Source of the DNA: Giardia intestinalis
Taxonomy: Eukaryota
Strand: one strand, 5' to 3'
DNA: 64,000 nt
NCBI GenBank assembly: GCA_000002435.2
Contig: CM018790.1
Each line of letters begins with the position of its first letter. Positions within the stretch are counted from its first letter, which is position 1. A program made the translations under genes and the position numbers. Shown in pieces: positions 1-10,356 of this stretch. The notes beneath the pieces are model-generated. The model was not told where the DNA came from. It did no database searches and saw only the letters and a program-made list of their open reading frames with translations.

Positions 1-1
1 G

Positions 2-1285
2 ACAGTCATTAAGCTTCTCTATGCATGTGTCCTATTTATTATATTTGTTTTAAAAATGTTTCCAATCCGTTATGTTATTTTAGGTTGGTTCAGATTGACT
101 ATAGACACAAGAAAAGGAAAGATAATTTTTTACATATTGGGATTGCTGATAGTTACAATGGCAACTCTACTCTCTATTTTTGTGCCAAACATAGACACAG
201 TATTCAATGCAATCAGTGCGTTATTCGGTATAGTCACCTATTGGCTTGTACCCCTTCTCCTGGTGTATAAAAGGCCATATTTAGAAGCTACCAGCGTGAA
301 CACGCTTTTGGGCGAGCCCACTAAGGGAAGTAAAAAGAGAAGACACCAAAATCGCGTGTTGGTTGACGACCATGAGAACCAGCAACTTTTGGAGGAGGAT
401 GATGTTGCCGTTGAAAGTGGTGTACGCTATTCCAGAGAACCGCACAGGCACCATGGACACTCTCAAGTTGAAGAGACGTCCGTTGATCAGGTTGGTGTAG
501 GGTTTCTGGCGTTTTTCGGCTTCTCAATTAAGCAAGCGAGAGCGTTTACCAAGGTTTTCAGGGCCGCACACCCCATGCAAGAGAGACTCTTGACTCGACA
601 AGATCGACACATAATAAAGCACCACGAAATATGGCATAACCGCGCCTGCTCTCTTCCTGCATCCGAGGCAGGGTCAGAGGAAATAGAAAGCGCCCATCAA
701 ATGGTACAAGAAGTTATTTCATGTGAATATATCGATGATGGAACAAGAACCGGAGAGATGGAGTCCTCAGCATCCCACGCTATTGCAATCTACAAGATAA
801 GGAAGATGCAGGAGGAGCAACAACACCTCCTGTCTGATACTGAAGATCGAACTTGCACAAAGGACGGCAGCAGACCTCCCGCGAAAGCACTCAGAACAAT
901 CATGACCATGCGAAAGCGGCGGAACAGTGTGAGTGAGTCCAACCCAGCACAGGACTATTGTTTGCTGCAGGATACGATACCTCCGAACACACTCCCCAGA
1001 GGTCCCTATGCAAATGCTGCTGCTGCCATACGTAATCAGGAGACCAAAGACCAAGGTGATACCAACCCACGTACAGTTCATGATGAGCTGCTGGTTGCCG
1101 GTGGTCACGAGACAATTCAGAGCATCAATAAAGAGGAAGAAAGAAGATATGCGTTGAAGAAGAAGATGACCAGAACACGTCTAGCACTTGCCATATGTGC
1201 AACAGTGTTGATAGGAGCTATCAATCTGACGGGATTTGTCCTTTCTACATTTGTGGATACAGAAACATTTAATTGGATATTTTAG
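2..1285 (+). CDS. Hypothetical polytopic membrane protein, 5'-partial (reading frame open to window start). The N-terminal part has transporter-like TM helices, possibly the C-terminal half of an amino-acid-transporter-like protein. It continues with a long hydrophilic region and a final C-terminal TM helix.
   Basis: Frame 2 has no stop from nt 2. Hydrophobic helices IFVPNIDTVFNAISALFGIVTYWLVPLLL and LALAICATVLIGAINLTGFVLSTFV. ATG at 56 is internal. Confidence 0.45.
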   Translation, partial: TVIKLLYACVLFIIFVLKMFPIRYVILGWFRLTIDTRKGKIIFYILGLLIVTMATLLSIFVPNIDTVFNAISALFGIVTYWLVPLLLVYKRPYLEATSVNTLLGEPTKGSKKRRHQNRVLVDDHENQQLLEEDDVAVESGVRYSREPHRHHGHSQVEETSVDQVGVGFLAFFGFSIKQARAFTKVFRAAHPMQERLLTRQDRHIIKHHEIWHNRACSLPASEAGSEEIESAHQMVQEVISCEYIDDGTRTGEMESSASHAIAIYKIRKMQEEQQHLLSDTEDRTCTKDGSRPPAKALRTIMTMRKRRNSVSESNPAQDYCLLQDTIPPNTLPRGPYANAAAAIRNQETKDQGDTNPRTVHDELLVAGGHETIQSINKEEERRYALKKKMTRTRLALAICATVLIGAINLTGFVLSTFVDTETFNWIF

Positions 1286-2987
1286 TTAAGCAACCCAATA
1301 AAGCAACGTTTCGTTTAGTGAGAAGATTCTGCCGACGCACGTAGTATTTAAATGCTGGCGTAATTGACCGCAAAGCCGCCTCGATTGACCGTCGAAGCAT
1401 CAAAAGTCCTAGTTGTGCCCCTCCTATGAGGTCGAGCTCCTCACGCTCCATGTCCCTAGAGCATTCAGAATGCTTCAGTGTTAGAAGATCATCCAGGACG
1501 GGAAGTCTTTCAAACCATTGTGTGTAAATTTCTCTTGCATTGAGCTCGTCCACGCATACGACATTGGAGCCGATGTTTTGTGGGAGATCAACATCTATTA
1601 GTTGGTAAACATCGTCTGCAACAATCCGCACATGCCACATCCAGATGTAAAAACGTATAATCTGCGGATACAGCTCTGACAGGAAACGAGTACCTAAGGG
1701 ACGGATCCGTAAATGCGTATGCATACTCAGGTTATAGGCCTCTAAACACAGAAGCTCTGGCCTAGACAAGTCATCCCAATCCAATAGGGCATAAAGAAGG
1801 AGCAGGGTTACTCCATAAACTAGTTGTGGAAGTGCGTTTTCAACGTCCTCTATAAGCAAAAGCGAGTTGACAAAGATTGGTGCAATGTTGTTGCTACGAC
1901 AAATAACAGCTTTGGCAGAATCAGCACACCTCTGAGCGTTAATCGGAGAAGAGATGGCAAGAGTAGTGATCTGTGAGAGAGCTGAAGTGAAGTTTCTCAG
2001 CGTAATAATAAGAATATCGTGTGAGAGTGAGTGGTGTCCCGTTAAGATAGTCGGTATAAGAAACTGAAGCAAGCATGATAGCGAAGGGCTGTCATCTATC
2101 TCCTGGAAGCTGCGTTTGGCTGCTTCAGAATAGAACGAAAGGTAGTGGACGAGTAGGGTCTCATCAACAGAGCTCCTGCTATTGAGCATGGACCAACCTA
2201 TATATGTGTCTAAGAAGAGTTTGAGAGCTTGTGGCGATGGTGCGGGCAAGAATGACAGCGTGTACTCAAGTAGCTCTGCTGTTGCAAACTGGTCTAACTG
2301 CATTGAACGACGTTCCTGAATACTTGTTATGCTTTTCCAGCACGAGAACAGAAGCTCTATGCAGAGGGACACGGATGGAGGTATCGTAGCAATGTATGCG
2401 GCGAACATACCGCTAGTTTGCAGGCTTTGCAGAAGAAGCATGGATGTCTGTACTGCAGAGATGGAGGCTCGTGCTCTAAGAAGGGTATAAGGCTCGATGT
2501 GGCTATTGACTGTGAGTGCCAACTCACAAAATGATGCTAGAAAGACGTTGCTCCCTGAAATTTGAGAGCTCAGCACACAGGGTACTAGCCCCCGAACAAA
2601 GGAACGTTTCCGTTCGTGATTATCTTTTGTTCTGCCGGAGGCAAAAGTGAGTAGAGCATAGAGATAGAGGAGCGCGCCGAGTTCAGTGTGGGCTTTGGTG
2701 CTCTTATCATATAACGTGCTTTTAGTAGCAAGAGAGAAGAACAGATGGCGGATGTAGGGAGAGGTACTAAAGTAGTTGCCACCGACCGATGATCTGTGCT
2801 CTCTAAGCGCCTTCTTGTCATCTGATTTCACGGTAATGTCATCCAGGAGAAGAAGAGCTAGACGGTCGGCGGATTCTGTGAGCTCTGCTAAAGTAGCATC
2901 CGAAAGTGTCTCGCCGTTCTCCTGTAGAGTGGGATAAATGAGGTGTATTATGTCTAATAGAGAGTGTTTAGGAACATCTACAATCAT
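1269..2987 (-). CDS. Hypothetical protein, 572 aa, alpha-helical, no recognisable domain.
   Basis: Long ATG-initiated ORF (CAT at 2985-2987). Its 3' end overlaps the convergent upstream gene by 17 bp. Confidence 0.6.
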   Translation of the reverse strand: MIVDVPKHSLLDIIHLIYPTLQENGETLSDATLAELTESADRLALLLLDDITVKSDDKKALREHRSSVGGNYFSTSPYIRHLFFSLATKSTLYDKSTKAHTELGALLYLYALLTFASGRTKDNHERKRSFVRGLVPCVLSSQISGSNVFLASFCELALTVNSHIEPYTLLRARASISAVQTSMLLLQSLQTSGMFAAYIATIPPSVSLCIELLFSCWKSITSIQERRSMQLDQFATAELLEYTLSFLPAPSPQALKLFLDTYIGWSMLNSRSSVDETLLVHYLSFYSEAAKRSFQEIDDSPSLSCLLQFLIPTILTGHHSLSHDILIITLRNFTSALSQITTLAISSPINAQRCADSAKAVICRSNNIAPIFVNSLLLIEDVENALPQLVYGVTLLLLYALLDWDDLSRPELLCLEAYNLSMHTHLRIRPLGTRFLSELYPQIIRFYIWMWHVRIVADDVYQLIDVDLPQNIGSNVVCVDELNAREIYTQWFERLPVLDDLLTLKHSECSRDMEREELDLIGGAQLGLLMLRRSIEAALRSITPAFKYYVRRQNLLTKRNVALLGCLTKISN

Positions 2988-3127
2988 GTGTGCATCCCAC
3001 CGGCGCAGCTCTCACTATATAATATGCACTGTGCAATCTCTTAGGGCTGTGATTAAAAATTGTAATTTAAAGCACAGAAGCTTGAAGAAAAGTACGTCAC
3101 AGTAGTACGCCTTGCTGAGCCCACGAT

Positions 3128-3439
3128 ATGCCATCGTTTTGTCAGGAATGTGCCACTATACTAGAGACAATGGGCCCCTATGACTATTGTGCGCTTTGTC
3201 AAAAGAAATATGAGAGAGCGCGGCAAGGGGACGTGGTAACATCTGAGGTTCATCTTCAGACACACTATGTGGCCCAAGAACGCATGACGGAGAATAGGCC
3301 TGTCATCGACGAGACGTGTCCCAAGTGCCACCACGGCCAGGCCTACTACGCATCCATGCAGATGCGCTCTGCTGACGAGGGCCAGACGATTTTCTTTGAA
3401 TGCTGCAGTTGCGGTCACAAGTACAGAACAAATACGTAG
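3128..3439 (+). CDS. DNA-directed RNA polymerase zinc-ribbon subunit, RPA12/RPC11 (TFIIS-type C-ribbon) family.
   Basis: N-terminal ribbon FCQEC...CALC. C-terminal CPKCHHGQAYYASMQMRSADEGQTIFFECCSCGHKYRTNT carries the acidic RSADE hairpin typical of A12.2/C11/TFIIS. Length 103 aa. Confidence 0.8.
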   Translation: MPSFCQECATILETMGPYDYCALCQKKYERARQGDVVTSEVHLQTHYVAQERMTENRPVIDETCPKCHHGQAYYASMQMRSADEGQTIFFECCSCGHKYRTNT

Positions 3440-3551
3440 GTATTTGGTTGTAATCACTTGTTGTAATCACCTGATCACGAAATCCTTTGGGCCGGATCCC
3501 GTCTACGGATGGCGGACAAAAATTAAAAAACTTAATTCGTGGGTGAGGCGT

Positions 3552-3974
3552 ATGAGCTGCTGGAGTAGGTTTGTCTTTTACGTGATTATGATACTCCTTA
3601 CGACAGGGATGATCATTGTGACCACTATAATCAACTCCCTCCATTATGACATGAAATACAAGTCTAGAGACATTTTCCAGCACAACAGACGGGTGAACCT
3701 CCTGGTAAAGTTCGACATAGCAGCTCCCGTTGTATTCTTCGTGGTTTCTATCTTTTACAGGCAGGTGATATTACCGATACTCTGTTTACCTTTCATAGGG
3801 ACGACAATAGTGCTGTACAAGGAGAATCGCCTCTTCTTTACACCCAACAACCTGCAGAACAGGTTGAAGTTCGATGAAAAGTACTCCCTAGTGAAAATGC
3901 TCATGTACAGCGGTTTGTTCGTTTACCTGGTCATCCGGGGCGCTGTTCAGCTGGGTATCTGCCTGTCCTCGTGA
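3552..3974 (+). CDS. Hypothetical small 4-TM membrane protein (140 aa).
   Basis: The ORF-track start at 3396 is TTG. The first ATG is 3552, preceded by an AT-rich stretch (aaaattaaaaaacttaatt). Four hydrophobic helices. Confidence 0.35.
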   Translation: MSCWSRFVFYVIMILLTTGMIIVTTIINSLHYDMKYKSRDIFQHNRRVNLLVKFDIAAPVVFFVVSIFYRQVILPILCLPFIGTTIVLYKENRLFFTPNNLQNRLKFDEKYSLVKMLMYSGLFVYLVIRGAVQLGICLSS

Positions 3975-4356
3975 TGTGGTTTTTGTGCTGATAGATTTTC
4001 AGCATGTAAAACGTGTAAATTGGGCCTTTGTAGAATGGGTTTACGTTGTGGCACTCTGGGTGCGCAAAAGACAGCGGTTTTGGTCAGTGCTGATACTAAG
4101 GTAGATGTCAATCTGATGTAAAGGAATGTAGATTGCTTTTTTAAAAAAGTTTAAAGTACTCGAACATCTCTCGAATTATTTTAAGCTGCAAGGATACTTA
4201 GACTATCAAGTGAACTGTATCATCGTGCTATCTTCTATGAACAAGTGCGTGTCTATGCTCAGTAAATAGCAAACAAATTAAGTGATAGGAGGTGGAATAT
4301 CGGCACCATTTGAGTCAAGTCTATCTGGTACTACTTTAACAACCACAATGGTATAG

Positions 4357-5571
4357 TTACTTGAGCCGTGTTACTTGATTTGCCATGCACTGGCCACTAG
4401 TATTGCCCTCACATGAGCAAGCCCCCTGTCCAATCGGTGCAACAAGGAGCATAATTCTTGAGAGAGTAGGCTCTGCGACGATGAAGGTCAAGCTCCCATC
4501 AAGCTCTTTGTGACAAGACAGTTGGTCCACAAATGAGGTATCAACAAGAAGTTCTATTTCTACAGCAGATTGCAATCCTAATTTAATAGATGGGCGGATA
4601 TAAGCCACGAGTTCGGAAGAGCTATAGATCGTTCTATATACCGATCGGGAGGGTGCTCCTGTGAACGGAATGACCATTGAAAGGAACGATGCTCTATCCT
4701 GTATCGTCACTCTTACGACCTTTGGTGGCTTGCTTAGATATATCTTTGTGATGTCTGCCTCCAACAGTTGAATGGTGAGATGTCTGCTTTGGACACGTGA
4801 TGCCAAATCAAGTACGATTTCTCCACTAGCTATTATATTTGAAAGGCTGATGCTTTCTCCAGCAAACTCACGTATAATAAGAGGATCTATCCGGAACAAC
4901 TCGCTGAGCACAGCTATTTCGGCTTCGTAGTCCGCAGTACAAATTCGTCTACCTTGTCGCCCACGTCCCGCTTCTTTCATGTCAACTAACCACAGTGGTA
5001 TATCGCTTTCAGTAATCAAGTGATACTGAGTTCTGTCTTTCCAGTATCCATAATCAAACCACGGCTCTGTAACATAGATCCTCTTTCTGGTTGGGTTGGA
5101 GATGTGCAGCGAGACTGTATTGCCTATGCTGTTCGCCTTGTTGCCTGTAGTATCTGCCCTATTTCCAGTGACGTTGAGAGCTACAAGTGATGACCGCTTA
5201 TTTGCATTAGGATAGGCAGTGTAATTCAAGAGCATGGCAAAGGAAAAGGTGTCCTTTGGGTTAAATTCGTTTGTGTCAGGCACAGAAAAGTGGATGCTAT
5301 CATAGCCGCCGTCATAAGTTGGGATCTCCGTCTGGTAGAGTAATGAGGTGAGCCCATTAGTACCAAGCGTTGTCGAGGCACTCAATGACACTGAGTGGGT
5401 GTTAGCATTTGTCCCGCAAAAGTTAGCATCTATGACCAGGTACATTATCGCCCCGAGCATGATAGACCCCAGAATCGCAGACACACCAACAAGGAGTGTC
5501 ACGAGAGACCCAGACAAGTAACGAGGAACACGGGGATACTCTTTAGCAGGCCGCAAAGCCAAGTCATGCAT
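4357..5571 (-). CDS. Hypothetical type II membrane protein (N-terminal signal anchor, 404 aa).
   Basis: ATG ORF. N-terminal TM LVTLLVGVSAILGSIMLGAIMYLVI followed by a Ser/Thr/Asn-rich ectodomain. Confidence 0.55.
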   Translation of the reverse strand: MHDLALRPAKEYPRVPRYLSGSLVTLLVGVSAILGSIMLGAIMYLVIDANFCGTNANTHSVSLSASTTLGTNGLTSLLYQTEIPTYDGGYDSIHFSVPDTNEFNPKDTFSFAMLLNYTAYPNANKRSSLVALNVTGNRADTTGNKANSIGNTVSLHISNPTRKRIYVTEPWFDYGYWKDRTQYHLITESDIPLWLVDMKEAGRGRQGRRICTADYEAEIAVLSELFRIDPLIIREFAGESISLSNIIASGEIVLDLASRVQSRHLTIQLLEADITKIYLSKPPKVVRVTIQDRASFLSMVIPFTGAPSRSVYRTIYSSSELVAYIRPSIKLGLQSAVEIELLVDTSFVDQLSCHKELDGSLTFIVAEPTLSRIMLLVAPIGQGACSCEGNTSGQCMANQVTRLK

Positions 5572-5647
5572 GCCTGAGTTTGTGCTCTAACTCTGTAAGC
5601 GTTTACTGGTGGTCTTTGCATAGCAACAGATTCATGTACCTGTAAAG

Positions 5648-7330
5648 CTACTTACTGGGAGTAGCAGAGAGGCCAGCTTGCACTAGTTTAGAAGAGATGG
5701 TCTCAAGGCATGTACCTTTGGCCACCATGGCTGCTTCTTCAGGATTTGTGGCTCCCAGGATATTCTGAAGAGAAAGAAGAGGTGCACAAATCTGTGTGGC
5801 TGGAAGCTTAAGGACACGACGTAAAGCGACTGCAATCTCCTTGAAGGCTTGTTTTAAACACTGGAGTTGGTTCAGTGAGATGGGGCTTTGTATTAAGATG
5901 TTAGCTAGCATCACTGTGCTCTGCTTAATAACGGCAGACGCCAGTTCTGATGTGTAGCTAAGACTGTAATCTTGCTGCTCAAGCATAGTACAGAGTGATT
6001 CAATGAAAAGAGTTGGATCTTGGGTTTGAGCAATGACCAATAGTTCCGAGTGGACTGCACTAATAAAGTTACTAGCGAAGGTACTCAGGGCTGCTTGATA
6101 GGTTCTTGTAGCTTGCTCTTCCAGTTGGTGATTGTGTCCATACTGGGACACAAAGGTCGTGAGTAGGTATAATGTTAGAAGCTCAGGATCTGACGAACCC
6201 TGTGCTGCAAGCCTCGACAGTGTCTGTTGAACAATGCTACTCTCCAAGGAGTGGATAGCCTCTTTGTGGACACGCTCGAGGCGCTGAATTCGTTGAAAGG
6301 CATACTCGACGGAATTCTCAAACTGTTCGAATTCTCTGTCGAGTAGCAGAGTGGCTAAAGTGGAGGACGTAAGGTCTATTTCTACGGTTTTGTATAACGA
6401 ACATATCTGGTTATGCAGGGTTATGTACTTGGTTATAGCAGACCCTGCAGACATCCCTGTCAGTTGCTGTGCGTGGGAATCATGATGTTCTATTATATTG
6501 ATGAAGCGTGTAACGAGATTGGCGATCAGCTGAAGGTAATCGGCGCTCGATTCCCGCTCTGTTGTAATACTATTAATACCATCTAAGATTGCGTTAATAG
6601 ACGACGTAAGAGTAGATGCAGTTTTATTGAGAATGTACTGAATAGAATGATCATAGATATCCAGAAGAAGCACGTTACTATCAACGCACCTAATTATAGA
6701 AAGAGACTGTATGTTGGTGTAAGCAGTATGAAATGCATAGAATGCTTTGTCAACTTGTTGTGCAAGGGCTTGTATGTGTAGAGAGAGTAGCTTAGTTGTT
6801 TCAGCTAAAAGCGGACTAGGCGCTACGGGGGGTATGTCAGCACACAGTCGGGCACACCAGTCATCCAGCGAAAGTGTAAGTGGCACAATGCATCCTGACT
6901 GATTTAGTTCCCACCGCTCAAGAATGGCCAACATTCTGTCAGAATCTATCTTGAGCTCCGTTGCCGTTCGTGCAGTCTGAATGGAGTCTGCAGCAAGCTT
7001 CAAGGCTCTGTCGGGAGTTGGTAGCTGCAAAAGTGCCTCGAGGCGAGCAATGGTGCCTTCTCCCCCGGAAACCATGTCGATTGTCAAGAGAAGTTTGCGG
7101 GCAGAGATAAGCTGTGAAAATAAGTCTTGTGGCAACGCAGAAACTTGGCTCAATCCGTTAAGGTGGTCGAAGGAAGAGGAGACAGCAATAGCGACTTTTT
7201 CACCACGTTGCATGCTCTGTTCAAGCTGATAATAGCTGGAAAGAACACGTCCTCGAGCTCTCTGGCGAAGGTCATGGACGACAGCTAAGTCTGCAGAGAG
7301 CAGATCCTTAGAAGCAGGCAGCTGCGCCAT
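5648..7330 (-). CDS. Hypothetical alpha-helical protein, 560 aa. A CATCHR-type tethering subunit is possible but unproven.
   Basis: ATG ORF lying 18 bp downstream of the Bet5-like gene on the same strand. No diagnostic motif. Confidence 0.55.
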   Translation of the reverse strand: MAQLPASKDLLSADLAVVHDLRQRARGRVLSSYYQLEQSMQRGEKVAIAVSSSFDHLNGLSQVSALPQDLFSQLISARKLLLTIDMVSGGEGTIARLEALLQLPTPDRALKLAADSIQTARTATELKIDSDRMLAILERWELNQSGCIVPLTLSLDDWCARLCADIPPVAPSPLLAETTKLLSLHIQALAQQVDKAFYAFHTAYTNIQSLSIIRCVDSNVLLLDIYDHSIQYILNKTASTLTSSINAILDGINSITTERESSADYLQLIANLVTRFINIIEHHDSHAQQLTGMSAGSAITKYITLHNQICSLYKTVEIDLTSSTLATLLLDREFEQFENSVEYAFQRIQRLERVHKEAIHSLESSIVQQTLSRLAAQGSSDPELLTLYLLTTFVSQYGHNHQLEEQATRTYQAALSTFASNFISAVHSELLVIAQTQDPTLFIESLCTMLEQQDYSLSYTSELASAVIKQSTVMLANILIQSPISLNQLQCLKQAFKEIAVALRRVLKLPATQICAPLLSLQNILGATNPEEAAMVAKGTCLETISSKLVQAGLSATPSK

Positions 7331-7348
7331 TTACACGGTAGAAAAAAG

Positions 7349-7750
7349 CTAGTCGGGCATGTTTTTGACTACAAGGTCTAGAGCATGGGTAAATGCCTCG
7401 TTGTTTTGGAAGGATGTCGCCGGTATCCACTCTAAATTCTTCACTACCGTGGGAACAAAGATATCTCGGTAGATGGCCTGCAGTTCGTCGCTGAGAGGCT
7501 TGCTCTCGGGCCTCGTCAAAAAGACGAACCAGTATCCACTTGCAGTCTCGTAAATGTGACAGGTGTAGGTATCTGTTTTGAAGAACTCCAACCGGGCGTC
7601 CTCGCCCGGCGTCAAGGCTACTGAACTGCGTCGCAGAGCAAAAAGTAGCCCGGCCAACATGTCCATCGGGGCGTCATCAGCGTGCTCGAAGGCGCGGAAG
7701 TACAGCAGGGCCCCGGAGCGCCGGTAGACGTAGAACTGGAGAGGCGGCAT
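7349..7750 (-). CDS. TRAPP complex subunit Bet5/TRAPPC1-like (sybindin/longin fold), 133 aa.
   Basis: LQFYVYRRSGALLYF...TCHIYETASGYWFVFLTRPES...IYRDIFVPTVVKN parallels TRAPPC1 (YKLHYYETPTG...VVKNP). AT-rich initiator precedes the ATG. Confidence 0.65.
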   Translation of the reverse strand: MPPLQFYVYRRSGALLYFRAFEHADDAPMDMLAGLLFALRRSSVALTPGEDARLEFFKTDTYTCHIYETASGYWFVFLTRPESKPLSDELQAIYRDIFVPTVVKNLEWIPATSFQNNEAFTHALDLVVKNMPD

Positions 7751-7960
7751 AGCAAAGTATTTTAAATTGGATTCGCTTCGGAGAAAGAAAAAGGACGCCG
7801 AAGCAGCCGCGGCCTCTGGCTTGGACCCCGTGGCGTCGCCGGCCTCCGCGGAGGCAGGGGCCGGCCCGCCTTCAACTCAGCCGGACAGCCGGAGGCCGGA
7901 GACGGAGCACGGTCAGGCGGGCGGGGTGCAGTGCCAGCCCCAGCCGCAGAGCGGCTTCCT

Positions 7961-8764
7961 TTACTCAAGATCGGGCGGGTTCGGGGGTTCCTCGTCCTCC
8001 CCGAAGCCCAGGATCAGGTCTGCGCGCGCCGCGACGGCGTGGACGGTCTCCGGCTCCGTCGCGGTGTACGGGACGAAGCAGAGCCCGCCCTCTGCGACGA
8101 CGGCCTGCTCGATCGCGGCGTCGAGGGGCCGCGTCCTGGCCACGCGGGGCTCCGCCATGCTGGCCACGAGGTCCTGCAGCTCGTCGTGGCCCGCACCAAG
8201 GAGCCGCGCCTGCAGCTCCGACCCAAGTAAATCGACCTTGCTCATCACGGGCAGGAAGGCCGTGCCGCAGCTGCTCATGGCGCTCATGGCGACCAGGACG
8301 GTGGAAAGGTAGGAGCTCCGGGTCTGGAACTTCTGGGCCTCTGCTATGTAGACAAGCAGGACGGTGTATCCGCGCGTCTGGAGCACACGGCTCAGGATCC
8401 CTATGCAGTCGTAATAGGTGAAAAGCTCGACCTGCCCCGCGAAGTCGATGAGGAGGTAGTCGTCTGGGTAGTCTCCCAGTGCGTCGTCGAGCCACGATTG
8501 CTGCAAGGGATCTGAGAGAGCGTACTCGAGCGCATAGACAAGGGCGCCGTTTGGTCCAAGGCTGCAGTACTCCATCACGTCCTGAACCGAGACAAACTCG
8601 CGTATGTCTACAGCAGCAGAGTAGGGGATGGTCTCCGACGCCGGGTCAAAGTTAAAGACATTCACTGTTCTGTGCAGAAGGGAGAAGTGGTCCTGAAGAA
8701 TTGCGCAATACGTTGACTTTCCAGATCCTGCCGGTCCCACGACAATCTGGCAGAACTTGCCCAT
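7961..8764 (-). CDS. GPN-loop GTPase (GPN2/GPN3-like), 267 aa.
   Basis: P-loop GPAGSGKST, GPN motif (SLGPNGAL), and size typical of GPN3. The 3' half is very GC-rich. Confidence 0.85.
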   Translation of the reverse strand: MGKFCQIVVGPAGSGKSTYCAILQDHFSLLHRTVNVFNFDPASETIPYSAAVDIREFVSVQDVMEYCSLGPNGALVYALEYALSDPLQQSWLDDALGDYPDDYLLIDFAGQVELFTYYDCIGILSRVLQTRGYTVLLVYIAEAQKFQTRSSYLSTVLVAMSAMSSCGTAFLPVMSKVDLLGSELQARLLGAGHDELQDLVASMAEPRVARTRPLDAAIEQAVVAEGGLCFVPYTATEPETVHAVAARADLILGFGEDEEPPNPPDLE

Positions 8765-8799
8765 TTCTTTTAGGGATTCAGGAGTAAAAAAGTGAGTGC
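8765..8799. promoter_or_regulatory. 35-bp bidirectional promoter/initiator region between divergent GPN GTPase and coiled-coil genes.
   Basis: Only 35 nt (ttcttttagggattcaggagtaaaaaagtgagtgc) separate the two ATGs. A-rich core. Confidence 0.4.
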
Positions 8800-10356
8800 A
8801 TGACTTTAAATCTCAGCTTCCCCCTTTACAGAATATATGACCACTACAGAGACGCCCACTACGCCTTTGGTGAAGAGATAACGAGCATCTTTGCCGGATT
8901 GGAGCCTGCCATCAAGGCCTTTGGAGTCGAACTGGATCAATACAAACTCTCGGACCCAATCAATATGGCTCCCTTTCCTGAGGTGTTGCATGCAGTGGCA
9001 ACAACAAGTAGTAGTCGCTTCAGCAGTGTATTCAAGCGGCTTGATGACCTATCCCTGATCAAGGAAATGATATCCGAGATTCGTGCCGCCAGTAAAAGTA
9101 GAGAAAGCAGAATGCAGCATACCATACAGGTCCAGCGTGATGTTTCTGTAGCTCTCCACAAGACTCCTGCTGGCTCTGTCTCGGAACCCGATCTAAAGAA
9201 GGCACTTGGTCAAAAGCCAAACCAGATCCCAGATAACCTAGAGGAGATTGTTCGTCAGAAACAAGTGGAACTGGAAAAAGAGATGCGGGCTCGTGTCGAG
9301 GTCATGGTAGAAAAGGAGAAAGAACTGCAAGAGAGGGTAGAGCAGATGGACGCAGAGATCAAGCGTCTTGAGCGACAAAACGCAGAACTTGATCAGAAAA
9401 TGAAAAAGGAGATTGATGAAGAAAGAAGTTTACGGGAAAAGGAAGCAAATCTGGCTACTGAATACGAGAAGAAAATTAAAAGCCTAGCCAACGAGCTAGC
9501 AGAGCTCCACCAACAAAAGTCCACATACGAGCAGAACTTTGCCATTAAAAAAGCAGAGTGTGAAGACGAGTTACACAGCATTCAGCAGGCGCTCTTGAAA
9601 GTCAAGACTGAATTGGCCCAGGTGTCCGCTGCGAAAACCACTACACAAACGGAGCTAGAGAGTGTAGGGAAGAAGCGACAGCAAAATGCAGAAGACATAG
9701 TCAACTTGGCATCGCAGCTCTCGGAGGCAGGCCCTCTGATAGATAGAAACATTAAGATATTTGAGTATGTGATGGACAGCGGCGAAGAGATGATATCTTC
9801 TGCAATCCATAGGTTAATGAAGACTGGATCACGTGTAGAGAGCACAGAGTTCGAGGGCACTCGAGAGTTCACCATGCCTCTCACAGAAAACTTGCGGGGG
9901 ATTGGTGAAAATAAAGATTCAACACATAGTGAGAGATGCTTGTTGCTTGATAAGCTTAAGCAATCAGATCAGGACTCGGCACAGCAACAACAACAGCAGC
10001 AAGTACCTACAGATGGAAGTGGAGCAGAAAAGAAGGCAGAGAAATACGTCATTCCCATAGAGTATGAAGCTGACTTGTCGAAGAGCCAGGTGCCGGTTGC
10101 AGACTGGGCAGTGGATGCCCTGCTCTCAAAGTGCATCAACCAGTCATCTAAGATCGATCCTGACACGGTATTTCAGCCCCCTCAACAGAAAGTCACAGTA
10201 TATGAACTCTTTGGAATAAGCAACCATCCCTATGACAACAGAACCAGGCAAACACAGAACTGGTCCACTGACAAACTAACACAAAAGGAGATAGAGCTTT
10301 ATAACGCCAAGATGGGGTTCTCTGCCCAAAGACCCCATTCCAGCTACCATAAATAG
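8800..10356 (+). CDS. Coiled-coil protein, 518 aa, hypothetical.
   Basis: Central ~250 aa of heptad-rich E/K/Q sequence, and a poly-Q tract (QQQQQQQ) near the C-terminus. Confidence 0.6.
   Translation: MTLNLSFPLYRIYDHYRDAHYAFGEEITSIFAGLEPAIKAFGVELDQYKLSDPINMAPFPEVLHAVATTSSSRFSSVFKRLDDLSLIKEMISEIRAASKSRESRMQHTIQVQRDVSVALHKTPAGSVSEPDLKKALGQKPNQIPDNLEEIVRQKQVELEKEMRARVEVMVEKEKELQERVEQMDAEIKRLERQNAELDQKMKKEIDEERSLREKEANLATEYEKKIKSLANELAELHQQKSTYEQNFAIKKAECEDELHSIQQALLKVKTELAQVSAAKTTTQTELESVGKKRQQNAEDIVNLASQLSEAGPLIDRNIKIFEYVMDSGEEMISSAIHRLMKTGSRVESTEFEGTREFTMPLTENLRGIGENKDSTHSERCLLLDKLKQSDQDSAQQQQQQQVPTDGSGAEKKAEKYVIPIEYEADLSKSQVPVADWAVDALLSKCINQSSKIDPDTVFQPPQQKVTVYELFGISNHPYDNRTRQTQNWSTDKLTQKEIELYNAKMGFSAQRPHSSYHK

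Noticed and set aside
3396-3551. ORF-track N-terminal extensions using TTG/GTG starts. The same applies at 11183-11194, 21292-21294, 52556-52570, 58032-58292 and 58140-58196.
   Set aside because: In a eukaryotic nuclear gene, I took the first in-frame ATG. In two cases the extension would read through a microsatellite or into the upstream gene.
7762-8495. Antisense and alternative-frame ORFs over the GPN GTPase gene (7767-8312 +, 7965-8495 -, 8014-8226 -).
   Set aside because: Their starts are TTG/GTG in the track, their composition is GC-driven low complexity, and the GPN frame carries unmistakable GTPase motifs.
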